In this document: one piece after another, positions 7,010-15,591 of the stretch
Numbering within the stretch: the first letter of the stretch is position 1
Layout of the letters: the number at the start of each line of letters is the position of its first letter
DNA from: Tolypothrix carrinoi HA7290-LM1
GTDB taxonomy: Bacteria > Cyanobacteriota > Cyanobacteriia > Cyanobacteriales > Nostocaceae
Assembly: GCA_019358935.1 (NCBI GenBank)
Contig: JAHHIK010000124.1
Coordinates: 1 to 22,614, forward strand
Length of the DNA: 22,614 nucleotides
Reading direction: 5' to 3'
Program-made: the position numbers and the translations under genes
Notes under the pieces: model-generated
The model's input: only the letters and a program-made list of their open reading frames with translations
What the model was told of the DNA's origin: nothing
The model's database searches: none

Positions 7010-7237
7010 GGCAGAGGGCAGGAGGCAGCTATGCTGAAGGAATACTGCCTCCTGCCCTAGAAGTGTGACCGAAGGGAACAAGGGTTTAAGACCCCCACTG
7101 AACTCTTGTTCAGTGGCTCCAAGTCAGGAGGGGGCGGCGGTTCGCCGGACAGAAGGTTCTGTCCGGCGACACGCCTTTTTTCATCCCCTTCTGACTTGTT
7201 CCTTCTGCCCTCTGCCCTCAGCATAGCTGCCTTCTTC
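7010..7237. mobile_element. About 230-bp highly structured non-autonomous repeat (MITE-like) with inverted GGCAGA(G/A)-type heptamer ends
   Basis: Left end GGCAGAGGGCAGGAGGCAGCTATGCTGAAGG is complementary to right end CCTTCTGCCCTCTGCCCTCAGCATAGCTGCCTTCT. Internal stems at 7016-7028/7045-7057, 7095-7103/7108-7116, 7121-7133/7185-7197 and 7142-7154/7157-7169. GC-rich compared with flanks. Confidence 0.75.
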
Positions 7238-7247
7238 AAATAATTTT

Positions 7248-7285
7248 TCGCTTCTTTGTGGCTTTGTTAGGTAAAGTGCGATCGC
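7248..7285 (+). repeat. HIP1-terminated direct repeat, copy A (left of higBA)
   Basis: TCGCTTCTTTGTGGCTTTGTTAGGTAAAGTGCGATCGC matches 8111-8147 at 34 of 38 positions. Confidence 0.85.
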
Positions 7286-7378
7286 GTTGACTGGAAAAAC
7301 TTCGCAATTTGCTAATATTATAAAATATACCTCGACCAAGAGACATAACTATGAGGCATCTTTCTATACTCAAAATAT

Positions 7379-7681
7379 ATGCACGTTATTTCTCGTTCCA
7401 GACTTGTCGAATTCTGGGAAAAATATCCTAACGCACAAAACAGCTTGCGTTCATGGTATAAACTAACAACTTTAGCTGAATGGCAAAACTTTGTTGATTT
7501 ACGCCAAGTTTTTCCCTCAGCCGTTCAAGTTAGTAATCTTACAGTTTTTAACATTGGCGGTAACAACTATCGACTCATTACGTTGGTAGATTACAATTAT
7601 CAAAAAGTTTTTATCCGCCATGTTCTCACCCACGCAGAATATGACAAAGAGGACTGGAAAAATGACCCTTGGTACACCTAA
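7379..7681 (+). CDS. higB: Type II TA toxin, HigB family mRNA interferase
   Basis: MHVISRSRLVEFW, WQNFVDLRQVFPSA, VFNIGGNNYRLI and VFIRHVLTHAEYDK motifs. Confidence 0.93.
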   Translation: MHVISRSRLVEFWEKYPNAQNSLRSWYKLTTLAEWQNFVDLRQVFPSAVQVSNLTVFNIGGNNYRLITLVDYNYQKVFIRHVLTHAEYDKEDWKNDPWYT

Positions 7682-8066
7682 CACTTACATTGAATTACTG
7701 ACAAATTTCCCTCCTCGTCCCATTACCGCTGAATCAGAGTTGCTGGCTACGCAAAAAGTAATCGATTCACTGATTGATAAAGGTAAATTAACACCCGACG
7801 AACAAGACTATCTAAATGTTTTAGGTACTCTAGTATATGAATACGAAGAAAGACATAAACTCATACCTGATATTCACGGTGTTGAGTTACTCAAAGCATT
7901 AATAGATGAATTTAGTTTATGCCAAAAAGATTTAGTTTCTATCTTTCAAACTGAGTCTATCGTATCTGAAGTATTGAGCGGTCAACAAAATTTAACAGTT
8001 TACCACATTCAGCAGCTTGCAAAGTTTTTTCACATTTCACCTGCTACTTTTTTTGAGTCGAAATGA
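7662..8066 (+). CDS. higA: Type II TA antitoxin, HigA family HTH regulator
   Basis: FPPRPI, YLNVLGTLVYEYE and HTH QKDLVSIFQTESIVSEVLSG...HIQQLAKFFHIS. ATG at 7662 overlaps the higB end. Confidence 0.9.
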   Translation: MTLGTPNTYIELLTNFPPRPITAESELLATQKVIDSLIDKGKLTPDEQDYLNVLGTLVYEYEERHKLIPDIHGVELLKALIDEFSLCQKDLVSIFQTESIVSEVLSGQQNLTVYHIQQLAKFFHISPATFFESK

Positions 8067-8070
8067 AAAA

Positions 8071-8147
8071 CTTTGTAAGTGCGTAGACGCAACGCGACTT
8101 GTCGTAGACATCGCTCTTTGCCGCTTTGTTGGGTAAAGTGCGATCGC
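8071..8147 (+). repeat. Junction repeat, copy B: split HIP1 with a 26-nt insert, then the HIP1-terminated repeat
   Basis: GCG(8081-8083) + TAGACGCAACGCGACTTGTCGTAGAC + ATCGC(8110-8114), then TCTTTGCCGCTTTGTTGGGTAAAGT-GCGATCGC. The right part matches copy A and the left part matches copy C. Confidence 0.85.
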
Positions 8148-8164
8148 TTTATAGAATTCTCCCC

Positions 8165-8548
8165 TTAAATAACACCGACCGAGTATTTGAGGATTTCTGG
8201 ATCTACTGTTGCAATAGTTAAATTATGTTGTAAAGCTTGACAAATGAGCATCCTATCAAAAGGATCTTTGTGCAATGATTGTAAATTGGCAAGTTGAGCA
8301 ACACTACGTTCATCTAAGTCAAGATTAGTAATTTGATGGCGATCGCGTTGTTTGGGAAGATAAATTTCCGCAGACTCTGGTAATGGTAGCTTGCCCAACT
8401 GATACTTAACAATTGATTCCCAGATTGAAACAACACTCAGATAAACTTCATTGTTGCCGATGCGAATAGCATCTAGAATATCTGTTGATAGCCGATTATC
8501 TCCACTGATAAACCATAAGAAAATATGCGTATCCAGGAGAATCTTCAT
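8165..8548 (-). CDS. vapC: Type II TA toxin, VapC/PIN-domain ribonuclease
   Basis: ILLDTHIFLW, LSVVSIWE, HKDPFDRMLICQA and IATVD, with the acidic PIN residues intact. ATGA overlap with the antitoxin. Confidence 0.93.
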   Translation of the reverse strand: MKILLDTHIFLWFISGDNRLSTDILDAIRIGNNEVYLSVVSIWESIVKYQLGKLPLPESAEIYLPKQRDRHQITNLDLDERSVAQLANLQSLHKDPFDRMLICQALQHNLTIATVDPEILKYSVGVI

Positions 8549-8784
8549 TTACCCTCAAATGCATTGAGAATCCCTTCGGGTAAGGAAGAATCAAAATCAT
8601 CAGGAACCGTAAATTCTCCGGCACATAAACCAAATGGACGCATCTTTTTTTCGGTACTTGTAATTGGTTTTAGTTCGGCAATAGGTTTGTCAGCTTGGAC
8701 AATAACAAAAGTTTCACCGGCTTCAACTTGATTGAGGTATTGCAGTGGTTCTTGTCGGAATTCCTCAACTGTGACTCTTTGCAT
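8545..8784 (-). CDS. Type II TA antitoxin, Phd/YefM family
   Basis: VTVEEFRQEPLQYLNQVEAGETFVIVQADKPIAELKP and C-terminal RPFGLCAGEFTVPDDFDSSLP. Translationally coupled to vapC. Confidence 0.9.
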   Translation of the reverse strand: MQRVTVEEFRQEPLQYLNQVEAGETFVIVQADKPIAELKPITSTEKKMRPFGLCAGEFTVPDDFDSSLPEGILNAFEGK

Positions 8785-8830
8785 GATTAGTACTTAAGCT
8801 TTGTTAGAGATAATCTTTTACCTGACTTAA

Positions 8831-8900
8831 TTGTAGTGCGTAGACGCAACGCGACTCGTCGTAAACATTGCTTTTCATGGATGTTGGGTTATACTATCGC
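8831..8900 (+). repeat. Junction repeat, copy C: split HIP1 with the same 26-nt insert and a degenerate right part
   Basis: TTGTAGT-GCG + TAGACGCAACGCGACTCGTCGTAAAC + ATTGC. The insert is 24/26 identical to copy B. It is followed by ...TGTTGGGT...ATCGC. Confidence 0.8.
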
Positions 8901-8955
8901 TTCACCTAACAATTTATAAGTTATTATTGGGTTTACCTCGTTCTACTCAACCTAC
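8882..8955. repeat. Degenerate GTAG-type REP palindromes
   Basis: TGTTGGGT...ACCTAACA at 8882-8911 and TTGGGTTTACCTCGTTCTACTCAACCTAC at 8927-8955, which reads GTAGGTTGAGTAGAACGAGGTAAACCCAA on the minus strand. Confidence 0.6.
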
Positions 8956-9752
8956 TAACTTTCTTCTGAAATACATTGACCGTGGTTAGCATAGACACTA
9001 TAGCCATCAGCAAATTCAAGGGCTGGTTTCCCATCAGCATGAAGTCTATTTTCCTCATCAAAAAATAATTTCCAGGGGCGATCGCAGGCAATACAAACCT
9101 TCTCATATCGAAATAAAAGACCACAATATTGAATTAGTTGTTGAAAAACATGCCATTTATTTCTGTCGTGATGAAGCTCAAGAACTAAAATACAGAAATC
9201 AAACATGCACCCCCAAATTGCCCACCCCGCTGCTCTTGTGAGATTCCCTGTAAAGTATGAAATATCACTAAATTCCAACTCAGGATTATGCTTTTCAAAG
9301 TCAGTGAGCAACTGCTGCTCAATACATCTCTCAATCCCGTATGGAAAGTAGGAAATTTGGTGATATTCCTGAGTTGAATAGTATGGAAATACGGGAAATT
9401 GTATTTGATTTCGCAACCTGATAAAAAGATGCTCATCAAGCTGTTGCTTTAACCCGCATTGGATATGAACCACTACTATTTTAAGAAATTTAATATTTAT
9501 ATTGCGACCTAGGTAATGCCGACAATTCTCAATACGAGTAACGTCTTGAATCGCCACAAAAGGATTACTATAGAACAAAATTTCAGGTTCTGGATAATTA
9601 CTGATAAAATAGGCAGCCTTAATTACTTCAGTAACTTTCTCACGATTAATTGGTTCTTTTGAGATAGCAATTGAGTGCCATTTTTCTCGATATATAGGGA
9701 TCATTGCCTCTTGATCCGGGGCTAAATTTGTAAATATCTTGTGTCTTGACAT
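8955..9752 (-). CDS. DUF6745-like domain protein
   Basis: N-terminal IPIYREKWHSIAIS.EPINREK...IKAAY and C-terminal CGLLFRYEKVCIACDRP...RLHADGKPALEFADGYSVYANHG. Family recognised from recall. Confidence 0.75.
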   Translation of the reverse strand: MSRHKIFTNLAPDQEAMIPIYREKWHSIAISKEPINREKVTEVIKAAYFISNYPEPEILFYSNPFVAIQDVTRIENCRHYLGRNINIKFLKIVVVHIQCGLKQQLDEHLFIRLRNQIQFPVFPYYSTQEYHQISYFPYGIERCIEQQLLTDFEKHNPELEFSDISYFTGNLTRAAGWAIWGCMFDFCILVLELHHDRNKWHVFQQLIQYCGLLFRYEKVCIACDRPWKLFFDEENRLHADGKPALEFADGYSVYANHGQCISEES

Positions 9753-9807
9753 GTTTCAAAAAAATTAAAACAAGCGACTACTGATGAGGATAATGCAGCA
9801 ACTAAGA

Positions 9808-10008
9808 TTAACGAATACTCTGAATTAAGTGAATATTATTTATTAACCACTCATTGACCAACACTTGAATGTCAATACCTTTATCTTCTGCTAGCTTATT
9901 CAAAAAATCATTTACATCTGGTTCTAAATAAATAGGAAAATTAAAAGTTGCATCAGGGTTATAAAATTTTCCCCGTTGTGCAGAAGAAAAATCATATTCT
10001 GGTTTCAT
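9808..10008 (-). CDS. BrnA/CopG-like antitoxin (orphan)
   Basis: MKPEYDFSSAQRGKFY...PIYLEPDV..FL...A..KGIDIQVLVNEWL, the pattern of RHH antitoxins found after BrnT toxins. Confidence 0.75.
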   Translation of the reverse strand: MKPEYDFSSAQRGKFYNPDATFNFPIYLEPDVNDFLNKLAEDKGIDIQVLVNEWLINNIHLIQSIR

Positions 10009-10036
10009 AGAAACTGTTCTTAATATTGTTTAGTTT

Positions 10037-10262
10037 TTATTCCACTTCAAAAAGAATGCGAGGAAGTCCTGAGGAGCGAATAATCGACCGTAAAGTACCA
10101 GTTTTTAGCTCATCGTAATCAGGTACGGGAACAGTTACAGTTGAGTCTTCGGTTTGCAATTGCATTCCGCATGTGGCTACCCCGCTGACGTACCTGTACA
10201 AAGCTATTTTGTTCTAGAATTTTGCAAACTTCTCGACCAGAAAGAACACGCAATTTACCCAA
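10037..10262 (-). pseudogene. hicA: HicA toxin with a +1 frameshift
   Basis: TTG at 10262 gives MGKLRVLSGREVCKILEQNSFVQVRQRGSH. One extra base near 10166-10172, then MQLQTEDSTVTVPVPDYDELKTGTLRSIIRSSGLPRILFEVE* ending at 10037. Span is 226 nt (225+1). Confidence 0.88.
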
Positions 10263-10482
10263 CACTCACCTCAAGACGTGTAACAAAGACTTCTGTATGC
10301 AATCTTTCCTCAATTTCCGAAGGAGATGCAGTTTCAAAAAATAATTCCAGCGCTTCAATCAGATTATGCCGTGCTTCTTCAATAGTTGTACCTTGGCTGG
10401 CTATATCGAGTTCGGGACAGAGTGCTACATACCAATCGTCTTCGCGTTCAATGATTGCGGTGAACTGTTTTATTTGTTTCAT
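10255..10482 (-). CDS. hicB: Type II TA antitoxin, HicB family (short form)
   Basis: FTAIIEREDDWYVALCPELDIASQGTTIEEARHNLIEALELF. ATG at 10482 preferred because the longer ORF runs through a palindrome. Confidence 0.92.
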   Translation of the reverse strand: MKQIKQFTAIIEREDDWYVALCPELDIASQGTTIEEARHNLIEALELFFETASPSEIEERLHTEVFVTRLEVSVG

Positions 10483-10507
10483 GTTCTGCCTTATTTGTAA
10501 TTTATAA

Positions 10508-10530
10508 GGCAGGCAAGATGCCTGCCCCAC
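10508..10530 (-). terminator. REP-like hairpin immediately downstream of alaS
   Basis: GGCAGGCA-AGA-TGCCTGCC-CCAC, an 8-bp perfect stem about 15 nt after the alaS stop. Confidence 0.6.
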
Positions 10531-10542
10531 AAGAGAATACAA

Positions 10543-13185
10543 TTAACTCAAACCAGACTTCAACTCACTCCGCGCAGTATCCAACGCTTCTGGTAACTTA
10601 CTCGCATCACGTCCCCCAGCTTGGGCTAAATTCGGTCTTCCACCACCACCACCACCGCAAATCTTCGCAATACCGCCAATAAATTTACCAGCAAGAAGTC
10701 CTTTTTTATTGACTTCTGAACTAAAAGCTGCTATTAGGCTAACTTTCCCAGCTTCCGGAACCGAACCCAGTACCACCGCACCCTTACCCAGTTTTTGCAA
10801 CAAGCGTTCAGCAGCAGTTTGCAACGAAGCGGCATCAACGTCTTCTATTTGGGCGACGATAATTTTATAATCGCCTACAGATTCAGCTGTTTGCAGCAAG
10901 CTGTCAGATTTAGCGATCGCCAATTGTCCTTTCAATATCTCCAGCTGCTTCTGAGTATTCTTCAACTCGTTTTGCAGTCCGGTAATTCTCTCTGGAACTT
11001 CTTCGGGTTTAACTTTAAAGCGATCGCTTAAATCCTTGACTACTTTATCGCGAACATTCAAATAATCCAGCACCGCTGAACCAGAAACCGCTTCTATTCG
11101 CCTTACTCCTGAAGCCACACCAGCCTCAGAAATAATCTTGAAAACGCCAATCTCCGCAGTATTACTTACATGGGTTCCCCCGCACAGTTCCATCGATACA
11201 CCCGTAAAATCAATCACGCGCACTTCTTCGCCGTATTTTTCGCCGAACATGGCAACTGCACCCCTAGCTTTGGCTTCTGCAAGAGGTAATATTTCGACTT
11301 TCGCCGCATGTGCTTCGGCAATCCAACTATTAACCTGTTCTTCTACTTGCTGAACTTCTTCCGGTGTCAGAGGACGCGGACAGTTAAAGTCAAAGCGCAA
11401 TCTGTCGAAGGAAACCAAGGAACCAGCTTGAGATATGCCTTCATCGACAAGCTTCTTCAAAGCAGCTTGCAGCAGATGTGTAGCAGTATGATTTGCTTGC
11501 AGACGACGCCGACAACCTGCGTCTATCTGTGCAGTTACAGAATCTCCTACTCGGATTGTACCGCGTTCGATGCGTCCGAAGTGAACAAAGAAATCAGATT
11601 CTTTTTTCACGTCTTCAATTCTGACGACGATATCATCACCGGAGATATAACCGCGATCGCCTATTTGTCCGCCTGACTCAGCATAAAATGGCGTTTTGTC
11701 AAGCACTATTTGCACGTCTGTTCCCGCGTCCGCTTCTTCTTGGGAAACTCCACCTATCAGTATGACTTCGACTTTTGCAGTTGCTGTCGGTTGGGTATAT
11801 CCCAAAAATTCGGTAACGTTGATATGTTCGGCTAGCTTGTCGAGAGAACCTTGTACAGTTAAATCGATGCTTTCGTGTGCATCTCTACCACGTTCTTTTT
11901 GGATTTCCATTTCTGCCTCGAATCCGGCAACATCAACTGTGAGGCTGTTTTCCTCAGCAATTTCTTGCGTCAGTTCGAGGGGGAAACCGTAGGTATCGTA
12001 CAAAGTAAAAGCACTTTCACCACTAATTTGGGTTTTGCCTTCTTCTTTCAGCTTGGCGATAATTTCCGCAAGCAGTTTTTCCCCTCTTTCCAGAGTTTTC
12101 AAGAAGTTGGATTCTTCGCGTTGCAATTCAGCTTTGATGGCATCTTCGCGTTGTCGCACATTCGGGTAAGCTGATTCAGAAAGGCTAATTGCAGTTTCGG
12201 CAACTTCTGTAGTAAATTCTCCAGAAATGCCAATTAACCTTCCGTGACGCACGACGCGACGAATTAAGCGACGCAGCACATAACCGCGTCCCACGTTAGA
12301 AGCGCGGATTTCATCAGCTATCATGTGGACGACAGAACGAATATGATCGCCTATTACCTTCAAAGAGACTTTGGTATTCTCATCGCTGGTTGCGTAATCG
12401 ATACCAGCAATATCCGCTGCTGTTTTAATTATCGGGAAAATTAAATCGGTTTCGTAGTTGTTGGGAACATTTTGGAGGATTTGTGCCATCCTCTCTAAAC
12501 CCATCCCGGTGTCGATGTTTTTATTGGCAAGTGGTGTTAAGTTGCCTTCTGCATCGCGGTTATATTGCATGAAGACGAGGTTGTAAAACTCGATAAATCG
12601 GGTGTCGTCTTCTAAATCAATATTGTCGTCGCCGCGTTCTGGGTGAAAGTCGTAATATATTTCTGAGGAGGGACCACAAGGACCAGTAACACCAGATGCC
12701 CAAAAGTTATCATCTGCACCCAAGCGCTTGATTCGCGCTTCGGTAACGCCGATTTGATCTCGCCAGATAGCAAAGGCTTCGTCGTCTTCTTCAAAGACGC
12801 TGACGACGAGGTTTTCTGGAGAGAAGTTAAAGACTTTGGTGGAAATTTCCCAACCCCAAGCGATCGCTTGTTCTTTAAAATAATCGCCAAAGCTGAAATT
12901 ACCCAGCATTTCAAAAAACGTCTGATGCCGATTCGTGCGTCCGACGTTTTCGATATCGTTGGTGCGGATGCATTTTTGGGAAGTTGTCGCACGTTTAAAT
13001 TCTGGTGTGCGCTGTCCCAAAAATATTGGTTTAAATGGTAGCATCCCCGCGATCGTCAGCAGCACGGTGGGGTCTTCTGGCACCAAAGACGCACTTGGGA
13101 GAATCTGGTGTCCGCGTTGAGCGTAAAAGTCGAGAAAAAGAGTGCGAATTTCGCTACCGCTGAGGTACTGGAGATTTGAAGACAT
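10543..13185 (-). CDS. alaS: Alanine--tRNA ligase
   Basis: 880 aa. [40 protein letters not shown], editing motifs HTATHLL and ELCGGTHV, C-terminal [14 protein letters not shown]. Confidence 0.99.
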   Translation of the reverse strand: MSSNLQYLSGSEIRTLFLDFYAQRGHQILPSASLVPEDPTVLLTIAGMLPFKPIFLGQRTPEFKRATTSQKCIRTNDIENVGRTNRHQTFFEMLGNFSFGDYFKEQAIAWGWEISTKVFNFSPENLVVSVFEEDDEAFAIWRDQIGVTEARIKRLGADDNFWASGVTGPCGPSSEIYYDFHPERGDDNIDLEDDTRFIEFYNLVFMQYNRDAEGNLTPLANKNIDTGMGLERMAQILQNVPNNYETDLIFPIIKTAADIAGIDYATSDENTKVSLKVIGDHIRSVVHMIADEIRASNVGRGYVLRRLIRRVVRHGRLIGISGEFTTEVAETAISLSESAYPNVRQREDAIKAELQREESNFLKTLERGEKLLAEIIAKLKEEGKTQISGESAFTLYDTYGFPLELTQEIAEENSLTVDVAGFEAEMEIQKERGRDAHESIDLTVQGSLDKLAEHINVTEFLGYTQPTATAKVEVILIGGVSQEEADAGTDVQIVLDKTPFYAESGGQIGDRGYISGDDIVVRIEDVKKESDFFVHFGRIERGTIRVGDSVTAQIDAGCRRRLQANHTATHLLQAALKKLVDEGISQAGSLVSFDRLRFDFNCPRPLTPEEVQQVEEQVNSWIAEAHAAKVEILPLAEAKARGAVAMFGEKYGEEVRVIDFTGVSMELCGGTHVSNTAEIGVFKIISEAGVASGVRRIEAVSGSAVLDYLNVRDKVVKDLSDRFKVKPEEVPERITGLQNELKNTQKQLEILKGQLAIAKSDSLLQTAESVGDYKIIVAQIEDVDAASLQTAAERLLQKLGKGAVVLGSVPEAGKVSLIAAFSSEVNKKGLLAGKFIGGIAKICGGGGGGRPNLAQAGGRDASKLPEALDTARSELKSGLS

Positions 13186-13357
13186 AACTGTTTACAAAAG
13201 TTGAGGGACGCTTGGACGCTTAAAAGAAAAGATTTTTATTTCTCCTGGTGCGTGCATATGATAACTACTTTAGTCGTTTCCAACATTTCGCTATGAATAA
13301 ATATATTTGCATAAGTATCTTTATATATTTTTGCATTTCGTTTCAATTTGTCGAAGC

Positions 13358-13394
13358 GCGATCGCGTACTCGCGGCTCCCCTTGGGAGCATCGC
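13358..13394. repeat. HIP1 site adjoining a split HIP1 that carries a hairpin insert (SDR5-like)
   Basis: GCGATCGC at 13358-13365, then GCG + GCTCCC-CTT-GGGAGC + ATCGC at 13372-13394. Confidence 0.65.
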
Positions 13395-13516
13395 CTGCGT
13401 CAGTGCCGTATTACGTAGTGGCACAATCACCTAACTCTGGTAGGATGATCCTTTAAAATCTTTTTCATAAGATTAATCTTGCAAGAACAATCCAAGTCCA
13501 AGTACAGAGGTGACTG

Positions 13517-13720
13517 ATGGCGCTGAAATTGAACGTTCCCAACATTGCCTGCGAAGATTGTGCAGCAACGATTTCCGACTCTATCCACGTAGTGGAACCT
13601 GATGCCAAAGTTGAGGTAGATGTCAAAGCCAAAACTGTCACCGTAGAAGCCGAAGCTTCGGAAGAGTCTATCAAACAGGCGATTGTTGCGGCTGGTTATC
13701 ACATAGAAGGTTATCAATAA
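13517..13720 (+). CDS. copZ: Heavy-metal-associated domain copper chaperone (CopZ/Atx1-like)
   Basis: 67 aa with LNVPNIACEDC (CxxC), VDVKAKTVTVE and IKQAIVAAGY. AGAGGT RBS. Confidence 0.9.
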   Translation: MALKLNVPNIACEDCAATISDSIHVVEPDAKVEVDVKAKTVTVEAEASEESIKQAIVAAGYHIEGYQ

Positions 13721-13754
13721 TGGAATATTAATTATTAATTAATATTTTTCCACA

Positions 13755-13794
13755 GGACACTGATGAAGACAATTTTCGTCGCCATCATGTGTCC
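13755..13794. other. Imperfect hairpin downstream of the copper chaperone gene
   Basis: GGACAC-TGATG ... CATCA-T-GTGTCC stem with one bulged base. Confidence 0.45.
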
Positions 13795-14454
13795 GGTTCG
13801 CAAATTACAAAACTCGCTTTTTTGGTAATTTCAACTTTTGATTTTGATTTATGTAAATTTACCGATCAAGCAGCAATTTGTTAAGAAAAATGTGATTTAG
13901 TAAAGAAATCCGGAAAAAATAAAAGAGATAAATTTAGCTTTTACGTCCTTCGCATTCATCAATTCCGTGCCTGAGTCTGAAGTCATATAAAGTTACTAAT
14001 CTTTATAAGATGCCTCGGTTTTTACGGAGTAATTACGCAGATTGCTACTTGGAAACATAATAAAAATAATTTATTTAAAGTTGTTAGATTCATTGCTATT
14101 TCTTATTTTCAAGTCTAAAGCTTTGATTTTGGGTAATTATTTGGGAGGTTTAACACCAGGAACTGAGAGTAAACCTCTACCCTAAGGAATATTTTTCAGT
14201 GTTTTTACTGTTTAAAAAAAATAGGTGACAGTTGAAAGTAGGTATCAGAAGTTTCAGTTATCGCGATTGTAGCAATCAAAATATTAAGAGGTTATTAAAA
14301 GTTGGCAACTTCTTATATATCTAGTGTTAAGACAATCAAATATTCGGTAATATTCCCTTGCCAAAACACAGATAGACTTAGTAATAAAAGCAAGTTTTAG
14401 CAAGTTGAATCAGGGTTCTAGCGTTAAAATTGAATAAAGGCAAAAAGCAAAGCA

Positions 14455-15468
14455 ATGAATATTTCTATTCTGGTCTTTGGAAGTGATAAATTTCTCGCTA
14501 GCCTTCCGGATCAGATCCGTGATGCAACCGTTTTTAGTGTAGAAGTTATCGCCAATTTAAATCAGGCGGTGTCGCGCATTCAAATTACGCCACCGGATAT
14601 AATGTTAGTGCAGGCTAGCCTTAATGCCAGCACGGAATTATGTTGTTGGCTGAAAGACCAGACAAAGTTATCGTGGATATACTGTATTCTGTTTGAAGAT
14701 CGTCCGGAGCAACTCTCTCAAAGAAACTGGGAGTGGGATTTAGAGATGACTTCCACCGCGCTAAAGCAAGGTGCTGATGCTTATATTTGGCAAATTCCCG
14801 AAGAAAAAAGAGACCATAAATCGGCGTTGTCTGCTAATAATCGCTTAATATTAGCTCAATTAACGGTTGGTTTGCGGAAAGCGCAAAAATACCGAGATTT
14901 GATTCAAAAAAATGATGTTTTGTCAGCGATCGCCTTAGCAGATTCACTGACACAAATGAATAATCGCCGTGCTTTAGAATGGGATTTACCCAGACAAATC
15001 CAAAAAGCACGGAATCAGGATAATCCCTTAAGTTTGATTATTCTCGATGTAGATTTCTTCAAAAAAGTTAACGATACCTACGGGCATTTAGTAGGCGATC
15101 GCCTTTTACAGTTACTATCTGCCAGACTGCGGAATAATTTGCGCTTTCAAGACACAGCTTTCCGCTACGGTGGTGAAGAATTCGTGATTATTCTCGCTAA
15201 CACCACAGGTGAAGAAGCACTTTTAGTAGCGCGTCGTCTCAATCGCATAGTCAGCCAAGAACCATTTACGATTAACAATCAAGTGACTATTAACGTCACC
15301 ATTAGCTTGGGTACAGCTTCTTTGCGAGACGAAGATGATGCCAATGGAATTAGTATGCTAGATCGTGCCGATAAATATCTTTTACAAGCTAAAGCTACAG
15401 GACGTAACCGTGTCATTAGTAGCAACTACTTATCCCATATGTCACATCTTCAAGTTGTTTCCTCTTAA
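14455..15468 (+). CDS. Diguanylate cyclase (GGDEF) with an N-terminal atypical receiver-like domain
   Basis: DSLTQMNNRR, IILDVDFFKKVNDTYGHLVGD, I-site RFQD and active site RYGGEEF. N-terminal PPDIMLV and GADAYI resemble a receiver domain without the canonical Asp. Confidence 0.93.
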   Translation: MNISILVFGSDKFLASLPDQIRDATVFSVEVIANLNQAVSRIQITPPDIMLVQASLNASTELCCWLKDQTKLSWIYCILFEDRPEQLSQRNWEWDLEMTSTALKQGADAYIWQIPEEKRDHKSALSANNRLILAQLTVGLRKAQKYRDLIQKNDVLSAIALADSLTQMNNRRALEWDLPRQIQKARNQDNPLSLIILDVDFFKKVNDTYGHLVGDRLLQLLSARLRNNLRFQDTAFRYGGEEFVIILANTTGEEALLVARRLNRIVSQEPFTINNQVTINVTISLGTASLRDEDDANGISMLDRADKYLLQAKATGRNRVISSNYLSHMSHLQVVSS

Positions 15469-15523
15469 AGTTAAGAGTTAAAAATCAAGAGTGAAGAATT
15501 ATAAATATTTTCCCCTAACTCCC

Positions 15524-15591
15524 GTACAGACGTTAGGAAAGGAACGTCTCTACCTAACTTTCGTACAGACGTTCCGGTGGAACGTCTCTAC
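15524..15591. repeat. Tandem pair of GTAG-type REP palindromes
   Basis: GTACAGACGTTAGGAAAGGAACGTCTCTAC (15524-15553) and GTACAGACGTTCCGGTGGAACGTCTCTAC (15563-15591), each next to CCTAACT. Confidence 0.85.

Noticed and set aside
7057..7239. 60-aa ORF on the minus strand
   Set aside because: It lies entirely within the palindromic repeat element, and its translation reflects the repeat units.
10154..10507. 117-aa plus-strand ORF
   Set aside because: Antisense shadow of hicB and the hicA pseudogene.
10795..13120. Several ORFs overlapping alaS
   Set aside because: Antisense or out-of-frame shadows of a conserved essential gene, with no recognisable motifs.
13428..13460. MerR/CueR-type operator upstream of copZ
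   Set aside because: Only a 4-bp inverted repeat (CCTA...TAGG) and no clear -35 element with a 19-20-bp spacer.
13236..13717. Minus-strand ORFs between alaS and copZ
   Set aside because: Antisense to copZ or running through HIP1 repeats, with no family features.
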